Below are positions 29,589-38,490 of a stretch of DNA of 64,000 nt, piece after piece. The position numbers and the translations under genes were made by a program. This DNA comes from Candidatus Versatilivorator sp. (GTDB lineage Bacteria > Acidobacteriota > Terriglobia > Versatilivoradales > Versatilivoraceae), in NCBI GenBank assembly GCA_965262635.1, contig OZ253547.1, positions 4,156,234 through 4,220,233 of the forward strand. Reading direction: 5' to 3'. Position 1 is the first letter of the stretch. Each line of letters opens with the position of its first letter. The notes under the pieces were generated by a model, which was not told where the DNA came from, ran no database searches, and saw only the letters and a program-made list of their open reading frames with translations.

Positions 29589-30611
29589 ATGATCACCCTC
29601 AAAAACGACAACCTGGAGTTCCGCTTCCCCGAGGTGCACCGCAACGCAGGCTGCGAGATCGAGTTTCAGCGTACCCTGCGCATCCCCGATGACGACAGGG
29701 ACTACCCGCTGCCCCCGGGCCTGGGCCGCTTCCCGTTGCGGCATATCGACGACTATGCGCGGCGCTTGCCTGAGGAATGGCGCCGCCGGGGCGGCGTGAT
29801 CGCGCCCATGCACCAGGCCGAAGCCATGTGGATCGCTTTTGGGGCCCATTGCGATTATCCCTTTGCGGTGAAGATCGCAACCGGCAAGATCTGCGCGGTC
29901 ACCGGCGACCCCTGGGTCAATCACCTGAACGACCATCCGCAGGACTACGTGGTGCTGCCCGAACAGCCCTGGCTGGACGGCTATTGCGTGGAGAAAGGAG
30001 TCATCCGCCAGTTCGTGGCCATGCCCCTGGGCAAAGGCTACACGGTGGAGGAACAGTTGACCGGAGCGGCGCAACACGGCGGCCTTCAGATCGTGGTCTA
30101 TCCGATGAAGCGGGAACGATACAAGCAGTTGATGGCTCGGGTTCCCGATTGGGTGCGCGGACCCCACGCGCCGGCAGACGTTCTCTATTGCGCGGCCCCG
30201 GAGGCCATGGGCCTGGCTCCCGGCGGGCGTATGAGACAGGAAGTCTATGACGACCCTTATGGTCTGGACGCCTGGGACCAGCAACATTCCAGGCGCTGCT
30301 TCGTCACCATCGCCAATTCCAACCAGTGGATGGCCATCACCGGTGAACGGCCGCCGACAGTCCCGCCGTCGGCGAGGGAGTACACCGCGGCGGGTCTTCC
30401 CTGGTTCGAATGGTATGGGGGCGATGCTGCGGCGGTCGCCGGCGCGAATAAGCTCAAGTCGCTTGCGAGTATCGCCCAACTGGGCAAGACAAAGGGCGAG
30501 CAACCGCTGCCGGAAAACGAAGGAGTCGAAGTGACCCAGGTTGTGGAGATTTCGGCCGGAGGCGCCACCCTTGACCGGGAGTTCTCTTCCGATGAGATCC
30601 TGCGTTCATGA
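29589..30611 (+). CDS. hypothetical cytoplasmic protein (340 aa, no recognisable domain) co-transcribed with the XRE regulator
   Basis: Complete ORF, 27 nt after the XRE gene, with protein-like composition. Confidence 0.6.
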   Translation: MITLKNDNLEFRFPEVHRNAGCEIEFQRTLRIPDDDRDYPLPPGLGRFPLRHIDDYARRLPEEWRRRGGVIAPMHQAEAMWIAFGAHCDYPFAVKIATGKICAVTGDPWVNHLNDHPQDYVVLPEQPWLDGYCVEKGVIRQFVAMPLGKGYTVEEQLTGAAQHGGLQIVVYPMKRERYKQLMARVPDWVRGPHAPADVLYCAAPEAMGLAPGGRMRQEVYDDPYGLDAWDQQHSRRCFVTIANSNQWMAITGERPPTVPPSAREYTAAGLPWFEWYGGDAAAVAGANKLKSLASIAQLGKTKGEQPLPENEGVEVTQVVEISAGGATLDREFSSDEILRS

Positions 30612-30954
30612 GATCACGCCCCTGTCTCGAGGGTAGCCAGGGTGGCGACTGTGGTGCGGAGCGAGGCTACGCAGGGTTGCACGGCGGTCGTAGGAGGAAT
30701 GGCCGGGCCAAGCCCTGGAAATGAAGACAAGACCGGAGAATTGGATCAGCTGCGGGTACGGGGCAGACCTTGTCCAGGACCGGATCGGCCCGCGTGGTCT
30801 TCAGGATCGGGCTCCACAAGTGGCTTGGAAGCGCCTATGACGGAGGGCTCGTATCCGGCTTGGCCGGATTGGAGAGGGGATGGCGTTGTGCCTCGGCCGG
30901 TCCGACAGGTCGAAGATCTCCTGTTCGCCGACCCGGCCGGCTGCGCTATGCGTT

Positions 30955-31953
30955 TCAGTTCCCCGATTGCTGCCCGCCTGTGCTCGGCCCACCCAAATCC
31001 AGATAATAGCCAGCGCCGATCAGAAGCGGAACCCCGAAGGACGTAACCCTCTTGACGAAGGTCACCTTTCGCTGCCACTGGTTGGTGGCTGGATTGCGGT
31101 TCCAGTAGTAGAGAAAGGACTCACCGAAGGCATCGGCAACCCCCAGGACATTCCGGCCCCCGAAGCTGCCGATGTAGATGGAGGACAACTCGGACCCGAT
31201 CAGGGGGTTTGCCGGAGAGCCGGTAAAGAGAGTGTAGCCGTAGGTGTCCAGACCGAACAGGTAGATCGAGCCGTTTTTCCAACGGGGATCGTTGGCCAGG
31301 CTGACCGAGGCGAAATAGCCCCTCGAATCCAGCTCCATGGCGGCGCAGCGGACAAACTCCTGAAGCCGCGCCTCGGAGGGACCGGAGTCGAGCATGGCGG
31401 CATTGACCTCGTCGCTCCTGCAACTGCTGGGCAGGTCACGCCGATAGATCCCCGCCCCAATGGCAGCGGACACCCCGTTCCACTCGATGGACTTGAAGTA
31501 GGAGGCCTTGGGCTCAGCCCTGCCGGTGGCCGGATTGGTGAAGGAATAGTAGACCCAACCCTCACCGAAGTTGGTCGCCACGCGATAAAACTCCAGGATC
31601 AGGTCGGTGCCGAAGTCGTCCACCAGAGGTCCCCAGGCCAACCCTTCTCTCGACGGGTCGGGCGGGAAGACGAAAGCACGGGAGGCCCCGAGCACATCCG
31701 TCATTTCATCGACGAAGACATAGGTCGGACCACTCTTCCAGCGTTCGTCCTCGTTGAAAGCCCTGCGGGCCTCCTCGAAGCCTACTTCCTGGACGAACTC
31801 GTAGGCGCATTGGACAAAGGCCTGGACGTCACCCGTGGTGCGCACGGCGCTGGCCACGATGTAGCGGTCCGCACAGGAATCAGATTCAGCCAGGGCCGGC
31901 GAGACGAGGATGGACGCCAGACAAATCAAGATCGAAAGAGATTGGGTTTTCAT
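30955..31953 (-). CDS. secreted protein with two Cache-like (sCache_2-type) ligand-binding domains
   Basis: Signal peptide and duplicated motifs GPTYVFVDEMTDVLGASRAFVFPP and GSIYLFGLDTYGYTLFTGSPANP. Confidence 0.5.
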   Translation of the reverse strand: MKTQSLSILICLASILVSPALAESDSCADRYIVASAVRTTGDVQAFVQCAYEFVQEVGFEEARRAFNEDERWKSGPTYVFVDEMTDVLGASRAFVFPPDPSREGLAWGPLVDDFGTDLILEFYRVATNFGEGWVYYSFTNPATGRAEPKASYFKSIEWNGVSAAIGAGIYRRDLPSSCRSDEVNAAMLDSGPSEARLQEFVRCAAMELDSRGYFASVSLANDPRWKNGSIYLFGLDTYGYTLFTGSPANPLIGSELSSIYIGSFGGRNVLGVADAFGESFLYYWNRNPATNQWQRKVTFVKRVTSFGVPLLIGAGYYLDLGGPSTGGQQSGN

Positions 31954-32191
31954 AGTGCGGTCAGCCTACCGAAACTCGACGAGATTGCGCAACCGATTTT
32001 CGTTTTTCATTTGCACTGATTTGATGGAATTGGACAAGGCCTGAGCGCTGAAAGAATGGGATGGTTGGGAGTGGGGGCTAACGGACCTTCTCGGACGACT
32101 TTGGAAAAGGCTTTGGAGGTGGCGGGGACTCTCGAATCCAGCGGCTACGACCATGTTCCGTTCTTGCTCGCGAATCTTGCGCGGGAAGCGC

Positions 32192-32524
32192 CTACTCGAC
32201 CACAGGCTGTTCCAGAGCATTCTTTAGTACCGGGAGATCATCCTGAATGGTGAGCCATACGAACTCAAGATCGAACTGGTAATAATCGTGGACCGCTCGG
32301 TCACGAAACCCCGCGATTTGTTTCCAAGGAAGGGGAATACGCTTCTTGAATTCCTTCGAGAATCGCTTGGACAATTCACCAATCACGGCAAGCTGCATGA
32401 TGACCGCGCTCTGAACGACTTCACTGGATAGAAATGCGCCTTTGCCAAGGCCCGCAACAAAGCGCTCAATCTTTGCGCACGCTTCCACGATCTGCCGCCG
32501 GTAGACGTCATCGGACTTCTTCAT
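32192..32524 (-). CDS. hepT: HepT-family (DUF86) toxin, HEPN/MNT type VII TA
   Basis: Rx4HxY motif (FRDRAVHDYYQF). Confidence 0.8.
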   Translation of the reverse strand: MKKSDDVYRRQIVEACAKIERFVAGLGKGAFLSSEVVQSAVIMQLAVIGELSKRFSKEFKKRIPLPWKQIAGFRDRAVHDYYQFDLEFVWLTIQDDLPVLKNALEQPVVE

Positions 32525-32801
32525 AGACGGTTTGGAGTTCCTCGAGAGCGAAGGGCTTCACGTGGGGATTCAAACTGTTTCTGGTGACGAGATCGACCCT
32601 GCATCCAAGTGCGGTTTCGAGTTCGTCGTTCAGCGCAAAAAACTTGAGCAGACTTACCGGATGTTTGAGATCGACGAGGACATCAACGTCACTCTCCGGC
32701 GTATCCTCACTGCGGGCGACAGATCCGAAGACACCGGCGTATTGCACGTCGTAGCGTTCGAGTATTGGGGCCGCTTTCCGACTGATTTCGCTGAGGGTCA
32801 T
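32508..32801 (-). CDS. mnt: MNT nucleotidyltransferase antitoxin
   Basis: GSVARSEDTPESDVDVLVD (GSx10DxD) motif and a 17-nt overlap with hepT. Confidence 0.8.
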   Translation of the reverse strand: MTLSEISRKAAPILERYDVQYAGVFGSVARSEDTPESDVDVLVDLKHPVSLLKFFALNDELETALGCRVDLVTRNSLNPHVKPFALEELQTVYEEVR

Positions 32802-33069
32802 TGCTTCAGTGTACGACGGCTGATTTGGCTTGGCAAGATTCCAAACTCCCGTCGGGCAGTATTATCCCGCTTCGATATCGTGTTTCATTTCTGCGGGCAA
32901 ACCAATAGTCGAGTCTGAGCGTTCAGTTGCGTACCGGCTTCAAGCGCAATGTCTCTCTCCGCGCTGTTGGCCCGCCGCCGGGCGTGTGAGAGAATGGACC
33001 CGGAACTGTTGGAGAAAGCTAACCACATACATCCGTGTGTTTGGATCTTCGTAGCGAATCCGGGGGGAA

Positions 33070-33930
33070 ATGGTGTCGCAAATGATCCGTAAGTGGTTTG
33101 GAAGGATAACAGTCCTCCTGCTCATAATTTTAGCGGTCGATGCACGAGCGCAATCGTCAGCCCAGTCGGCAGAGCGGTCCGCAGAGCAGTCGTTGGAGCA
33201 GTCGGTAGAGCAGCCTCCAGTGCAGTCCCCAGAGCAGTCGGCAGCCCAGCCGGCAGAGCAGTCGGAAGCCCAGCCGTCGGTGCAGTCGGCAGCCAAGGCG
33301 TACCGATTGACCGTGACCATTCACGGTTCATTCGGACTTTGCGGCAACGATGAATTTGGGTCGCAGGAATTGTACGTCGTCGTCAAGCGTCTGGATTTGG
33401 AACTACAGGACCAGATCGACGATACAGAGCGCGAGGCTCAACAAATTACAAGCAGAATGTCCTGGTGGCATGCCGAGCAGCGCGTGGATTCCTTGCGGAA
33501 ACAGGACTTCAACAACAAGAGCGATCCTCTTTCCGAGGTTGAACTAGAGTCATTGGAGAGGTTGCGCAGCATCAGGCGATCCGAGCGTACGGATGACGAA
33601 GTTCAAGAGTATAGGTCGCTCCAGGCCAGAGCGCCGATTTCGGCAGCCGATGCGTCGGTGTTGGCCCGGATGAAGGAGTTGAAGACACAGCGGCGCAGAT
33701 TGCTTCGCCAGGTTCATATTCGCTCCAGCGCGACCAAACCCGGCTCCTTACGTGTCTATCCGGACGACGAACTCCAGGTCGTCCTCATGGAAGACGATCC
33801 TTTTTTTGACGATACCTGTTTCGGTTCGACAGTCGTGCTCGATCCATCCGTCCTGGCCACGCCATCCGTGGAAATCAAAAAGGACGACAATATCTTGTTG
33901 ACGTTGAACTTGACGCCGCTTGACAGGTGA
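33070..33930 (+). CDS. secreted hypothetical protein with N-terminal (A/P)EQS tandem repeats
   Basis: Signal peptide and a 12-nt periodic repeat gagcagtcggca at 33160-33300. Local GC is lower. Confidence 0.5.
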   Translation: MVSQMIRKWFGRITVLLLIILAVDARAQSSAQSAERSAEQSLEQSVEQPPVQSPEQSAAQPAEQSEAQPSVQSAAKAYRLTVTIHGSFGLCGNDEFGSQELYVVVKRLDLELQDQIDDTEREAQQITSRMSWWHAEQRVDSLRKQDFNNKSDPLSEVELESLERLRSIRRSERTDDEVQEYRSLQARAPISAADASVLARMKELKTQRRRLLRQVHIRSSATKPGSLRVYPDDELQVVLMEDDPFFDDTCFGSTVVLDPSVLATPSVEIKKDDNILLTLNLTPLDR

Positions 33931-34067
33931 GCGTCGATTGGATTCCGTCACTCGGGAATACTCCGGCTGCTTCAGTTGTGGAGGCCGCGCCCACCAAATA
34001 AAGATCGTAAGCGACCGATTCCAAGAACAGTTTCACTGCTGCAGATTCTCAGGCTCCATGGAGGGCG

Positions 34068-34310
34068 TCAGGGACTCCGTCTCACCCCTCTCCTTCTACC
34101 CCGCTCACGCCTGATGAGTGCGACAACCTCCTGCGTAGAGATGTTCGCGTTTACAGAGGGAACGTCCAGGGGCGAGTTGGGCATTCTCTCCGGAACCAGC
34201 GAATAAGTCCTGCCATCTCTTCGACGTATGAATACCTTTCCCGTTGACTCGGCCTCGTCGAGCACGCTGGAAAGTTTCTGTCTGGCTTCCGAGTATGAAT
34301 AGATCTCCAC
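34068..34310 (-). CDS. Phd/YefM-family antitoxin (GTG start)
   Basis: VEIYSYSEARQKLSSVLDEAESTGKVFIRRRDGRTYSLVPE. Confidence 0.7.
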   Translation of the reverse strand: MEIYSYSEARQKLSSVLDEAESTGKVFIRRRDGRTYSLVPERMPNSPLDVPSVNANISTQEVVALIRRERGRRRGVRRSP

Positions 34311-34311
34311 C

Positions 34312-34710
34312 TTACACCTCCAGATTTACGAGCGTAACGTCAAGTCTTTCCGCAGCGCGTCTCAGTGGCCGGTCCAACGTCAGCAGGGGTGCACGGTACC
34401 GGGCTGCGCAATCCAGAAAGTATGCGTCGTAGGCATATAGGCCTGCGCTGGACGCGATGGACAATACGTTCGCCATGTCTGTATGCACATATCGCAACGG
34501 AATCCTGTCGAAAATTTCCAGACCCTTTCGGGCGTCCGCAACATTAATTCGGCGCTGCTTCACCATCGCCGTGAAAGCATTTCCGACTTCCCAAGGGATG
34601 GAACCGGGGCCGATAAGCGTCTGGCCCGATGTAACCGAAACAATCGCATCCCGTTCGGGCTCACCGACGATCACTGCAATGAGCGCCGACGTGTCGATCA
34701 CAAGATCCAA
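34312..34710 (-). CDS. vapC: VapC PIN-domain toxin (TTG start; track ORF extends to 34830)
   Basis: PIN acidic residues (IDTS...WEVGN...YDAYFLD...TLDRP). An RBS aagggagg sits 6 nt before TTG at 34710. Confidence 0.8.
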   Translation of the reverse strand: MDLVIDTSALIAVIVGEPERDAIVSVTSGQTLIGPGSIPWEVGNAFTAMVKQRRINVADARKGLEIFDRIPLRYVHTDMANVLSIASSAGLYAYDAYFLDCAARYRAPLLTLDRPLRRAAERLDVTLVNLEV

Positions 34711-34733
34711 TACAGCCTCCCTTTCCTTTAATA

Positions 34734-34761
34734 ATTGTACAATTGTCCATATTAATGTCAA
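34734..34761 (-). promoter_or_regulatory. consensus sigma70 promoter for the vapC operon (ttgaca-N16-tacaat) overlapping the palindrome acaattgt
   Basis: The minus strand reads ttgacattaatatggacaattgtacaattattaaaggaaagggagg. Confidence 0.45.
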
Positions 34762-34947
34762 GCGGCGGCAAGGACCTCGGGGCTGAAGGAACACACGACC
34801 CGCCATCGCGTGAGCATTTCCGGCTAGCAACTCACGTCAACCCTGATCATGGGACCAGCAGTTAGGCGGAAATCGATGAAAACCAGACTGTTTCACGACA
34901 GGATACCGGGCACATTCGTGTCGAATGACGAACTCAGGGGGTGCCTG

Positions 34948-36120
34948 CTACGCGGGCGGCGGGCTCCAGATCGTGGCTCCGATGTAGCGTTCCGGGCCAG
35001 AAGCCTCGTCAGTGAAGTAGTACATTGCAACGACTTTACCGTCCGGCCTTTGGACAGCCCTCACGTAACCGATATCTCGGCTGGCCCCGTCGTCGCGGAG
35101 CGTGATGGGGTCGCTCCAGGTCCTGCCCCTGTCGCTGCTAAGGATGGCGCGAATGCTGTAGGGCTCGGCCCGGTAGCCATAGAGCAGGCAGATCCGTCCG
35201 TCCTGCAGCTTGATCATCGCGGGCGGGTTGCCCACGCCTGCGTCAGGCACCGCCTCGTTCAGGGACTCCCAACTGGCGCCGTTGTCGGTTGACAGGTAGG
35301 TCCTGATCCACCTCCTGGTCTCCTCTCGCATGCGAACAGCGACAAGAATGTCCGTTTCGGAAAGCCGGACCGAGGCCGGCATGATGGAGAACCCTTCGGG
35401 CTCCGGACCGATCCAGGAAACCAATTTCCAGGTTTTGCCGGAGTCGGTGGTACGCACGCATAGAGGCCTTCCCTCCCTTCCGTTCGCCTTTGCGGCCGTG
35501 ATGAAAAGCGTGCAGGTGTGATGGTCATCAATGATGTAGTCCGTGCGGGGGGCAATGCCGGGCGAGTCGAAGCTCGGCAGGCGGAACGGGCCGTCCCAGG
35601 TGTGGCCTCTGTCATAGGAATAGAAGATGCGGCCGATTCCGGCGTGAATGCTGTTGGTGCGAACGGTCAGGGCGAGGTCCGGGTGTGTGAAGTCGATGCC
35701 ACCCTCGCTTTCTTTCAGCGCCGGGATGGTTACACCCGGACGGGTGACACCGTGCAGGTATCCGCCCTCCGTCAGCAGGTACCCCTTCGCCCCCGGGTCC
35801 TCTATCGACCAGGTCTCGCCGCCATCAAAGCTTCGGGCCAACATCGGAATCTCCGGCTTCTCGCGATCGATGTGGTGGCCCAGACCCTGGTCCTTGTAGT
35901 AACCCATCCCGAAACCGACCAGGATCTCGTTACCCCAGCTCCAGATGCCGTGATTGGCCGGCCAGCCGCCGAACATGCCTTTCTCGAAGTAGACCTTGAC
36001 ATGCCGGGGTTCGTCGGCCGTTACCTGCTTCTCGCCGGAAGGACTCGTTTCATCCGGTGTGGAACAAGCGACCATTCCGGCCGCCAGCAGGCACGTGACA
36101 AAAAAGATTCTCAATTTCAT
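34948..36120 (-). CDS. BNR/Asp-box repeat sialidase-like lipoprotein
   Basis: Lipobox LLAAGMVAC and five Asp-boxes (SFDGGETW, SYDRGHTW, TTDSGKTW, STDNGASW, SSDRGRTW). Confidence 0.8.
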   Translation of the reverse strand: MKLRIFFVTCLLAAGMVACSTPDETSPSGEKQVTADEPRHVKVYFEKGMFGGWPANHGIWSWGNEILVGFGMGYYKDQGLGHHIDREKPEIPMLARSFDGGETWSIEDPGAKGYLLTEGGYLHGVTRPGVTIPALKESEGGIDFTHPDLALTVRTNSIHAGIGRIFYSYDRGHTWDGPFRLPSFDSPGIAPRTDYIIDDHHTCTLFITAAKANGREGRPLCVRTTDSGKTWKLVSWIGPEPEGFSIMPASVRLSETDILVAVRMREETRRWIRTYLSTDNGASWESLNEAVPDAGVGNPPAMIKLQDGRICLLYGYRAEPYSIRAILSSDRGRTWSDPITLRDDGASRDIGYVRAVQRPDGKVVAMYYFTDEASGPERYIGATIWSPPPA

Positions 36121-36137
36121 TCGATTCCCCGCCTCTC

Positions 36138-36262
36138 TGCAGACAGCACTGGTTGATTGAGTGACCGAGCTTCGAACCTCCGGTTCAGGCGTGGCAACGC
36201 TTTGCTTTGGAACCGGCCGCTTGAGTATGGTGGGTCTTATCTGTCCAAAGAACCAGGGGCGG
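36138..36262 (+). repeat. family C direct repeat, copy 1 (~125 bp)
   Basis: ~85% identical to 36748-36872. Confidence 0.7.
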
Positions 36263-36292
36263 AACGTTACAGAGTTGTATTGGATTCGACGG

Positions 36293-36508
36293 CTAGGCCA
36301 GGAAGGATCTGAGTAACCACACCAGAAGGAATCCGACCAGGATTCGGACCAGCCATTTTGTTTCCGAGAGGTCCCTCTTGATCGTCTTAAGGTCTGACTC
36401 GATGCCCGCCAACCGATTCTCGTAGGTGCCAAGCTCTTCTGCGGCCTCCTGGGCCTGGAGATCGGAGGCCCCAGAGGCTTTGAAAGCCGCGTAGGTTTTT
36501 GACAGCAT
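36293..36508 (-). CDS. XhlA-like small coiled-coil/TM protein
   Basis: 71 aa, coiled coil then C-terminal TM (..LKTIKRDLSETKWLVRILVGFLLVWLL..). Confidence 0.45.
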   Translation of the reverse strand: MLSKTYAAFKASGASDLQAQEAAEELGTYENRLAGIESDLKTIKRDLSETKWLVRILVGFLLVWLLRSFLA

Positions 36509-36747
36509 GATTGCTATGGTGCTCTCTCGTGCTTAGAGTTTACCACATCTTCTCAGAGAGCGAAGCCCTCCCCCCCTGTGGGGAAAGCAGCGATTTTCGC
36601 CGCATTGCTTTAATCTCCAGCGACCGCTTACGACAGTTCGGAACACCAACTATTTGCTGAGTTTGCTTCATCAGCAACTGCTGTGGGTCCGGCACTTCCA
36701 GTCGATCCCGGAACTGGTTCGAGCACTGGAAGAGTTTCGCGCTCTCT

Positions 36748-36872
36748 ACAACCAGCATTGGTTGATTGAGCGCCTCGGCTTCGAGCCTCTGGTTCAGGCA
36801 AGACAACGCCTTGCCTTGCAACCGACCGCTTGAGTATGGTGGGTCTTATCTGTCCAAGAAATCAGGGGCGGT
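36748..36872 (+). repeat. family C direct repeat, copy 2
   Basis: Shares ...ccgcttgagtatggtgggtcttatctgtccaa... with copy 1. Confidence 0.7.
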
Positions 36873-37183
36873 ACACTTGAGCCAATCTTGCACCTGACCT
36901 GGTAGCGACTTCGAATTTCAATAGGGGTAGAGCGTCGATGAGCAGAGTCCGTAGAAAAGCCTCAAGGTCACCAAACTGCAGTACAACTGAGACACGTTGC
37001 GTGGGGGTAGGGAGGGCTCGACCTCTACCCGAATGCGCTCGCTGCCCACACGAATTCCTGAAGCGGTCTCAAATTAGTCAACGCCTCGGCTGTTGGTCGC
37101 GGCAGATAGTGCCGTGTCAAACAATTTCCCTAGTGATAGCGCCACGCTTCCGGGGTCTGAAATTGTGCCGCTGAGTCTCAACT

Positions 37184-38410
37184 ATGCGCTTTGGCAAAAA
37201 ACAAGGCCCGGCCATCCGTTCCCAACTCTTCAGCCTCAATTTGGCGATCCTGCTATTCGCGCAGGCAGTGGGGGTCACCGGCTGGTTCGCTGTCGTTACG
37301 GCTGGCGGAATCCTTGGCCGTAGCCTGGCGGCAAACCCGGCCCTGGCGACCTTGCCGGTGTCACTGCTCGTCGTGGGCAATGCCGTTTCCACGATCATCG
37401 CTTCGTGGACCATGGCGCACGTGGGCCGCGCCCGTGGCTTTGCGATTGGCGCCACGGTGGGCGCCTTCGGAGCAGCCTGTGCTTTCCTTGCAACCCTGAC
37501 TCACGACTTCGCGCTGCTTTGTGGCGGCTCGATCACGATCGGCTGCGCGGCCGCGTTTTCTCAGCAATACCGCTTTGCCGCCACTGAATGTGTCGGTGCG
37601 GCGGCCGCACCAAAAGCGATCTCAATCGTGCTTTTGGGCTCCATCTTTGGCGCTTTCCTCGGCCCGGGACTGATGTCGTGGGGCGAGGCCTGGGTCGCGG
37701 GCGCACCGTTCGGTGGCTCATTCGCCGCTATTGTGGCGTGCAATTTACTTGGCGCTGCCGCCCTCCTTGCCTTGCGGCCGATGACCCCTTCGGCCGAGGA
37801 AGAAACAACCGGGGGCGCTCGTCCTCTGCGCGTCATAGTTCGCGGCCACTTCTTTATCGCGGCCGTCACGGGGGGCGCGATCGGGTGGGGCGTCATGACT
37901 GTCTTGATGACGGCCGTACCGCTGGCCATGCATATTGTCGACGGGTATTCCCTGGCGGCAACGGTGGCGGTCATCCAGGCCCATGTGCTGGCCATGTACC
38001 TTCCTTCATTGATCAGTGGTGCTCTCATCGGACGCTTCGGCGCCGGGCGGGTGATGATTGGGGGAGTGGCGCTGCTTGGCGCCACCCTGGTTGCGGGCCT
38101 GGCGGGCCGCCACATGCTGCACTACGGCCTGGCCATGGTGGCGCTCGGCGTCGGTTGGAATTTCCTCTATGTTGGAGGAACGACGCTACTGGCCCGAGCC
38201 CATCGTCCAGCCGAACGCTTCCGTGTTCAGGCGCTGAACGATTTCAGCATTATGGGTATCTCGGCCTTTGCCTCCTGGAGTTCGGGGGCAGTCATGGAGC
38301 TGCTTGGCTGGAACGGGGTGCTCTACGCGTCGATTCCCGCCATCCTCGTTGCAGCTATGGTCATTCTCTGGGTACGTCCGGACCCTCCGCCAGCAGCTGA
38401 CCGCGCATGA
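37184..38410 (+). CDS. MFS transporter
   Basis: 408 aa, 12 TM-like segments. Confidence 0.85.
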   Translation: MRFGKKQGPAIRSQLFSLNLAILLFAQAVGVTGWFAVVTAGGILGRSLAANPALATLPVSLLVVGNAVSTIIASWTMAHVGRARGFAIGATVGAFGAACAFLATLTHDFALLCGGSITIGCAAAFSQQYRFAATECVGAAAAPKAISIVLLGSIFGAFLGPGLMSWGEAWVAGAPFGGSFAAIVACNLLGAAALLALRPMTPSAEEETTGGARPLRVIVRGHFFIAAVTGGAIGWGVMTVLMTAVPLAMHIVDGYSLAATVAVIQAHVLAMYLPSLISGALIGRFGAGRVMIGGVALLGATLVAGLAGRHMLHYGLAMVALGVGWNFLYVGGTTLLARAHRPAERFRVQALNDFSIMGISAFASWSSGAVMELLGWNGVLYASIPAILVAAMVILWVRPDPPPAADRA

Positions 38411-38490
38411 GAGCAGGGGCGGCTGTCAACGGTCATCAGAAACCGCGTCAATCTGAACAGATGGTGGACCACAACATCTTGTAAGAATTA

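Noticed and set aside
34312-34830. Long 172-aa version of the PIN ORF
   Set aside because: The upstream 40 codons overlap the promoter and RBS. The TTG at 34710 with its strong SD gives a canonical ~133-aa VapC.
36138-36262. Possible tRNA-like structure in family C repeat (contains cttcgaacc, the complement of a GGTTCGAAG T-loop)
   Set aside because: I could not build a consistent acceptor/T-stem or CCA end, so this is not a tRNA.
38455-38475. The 7-mer tggtgga as an attR remnant of the ssrA 3' end
   Set aside because: This is too short and too imperfect to call an attachment-site repeat.
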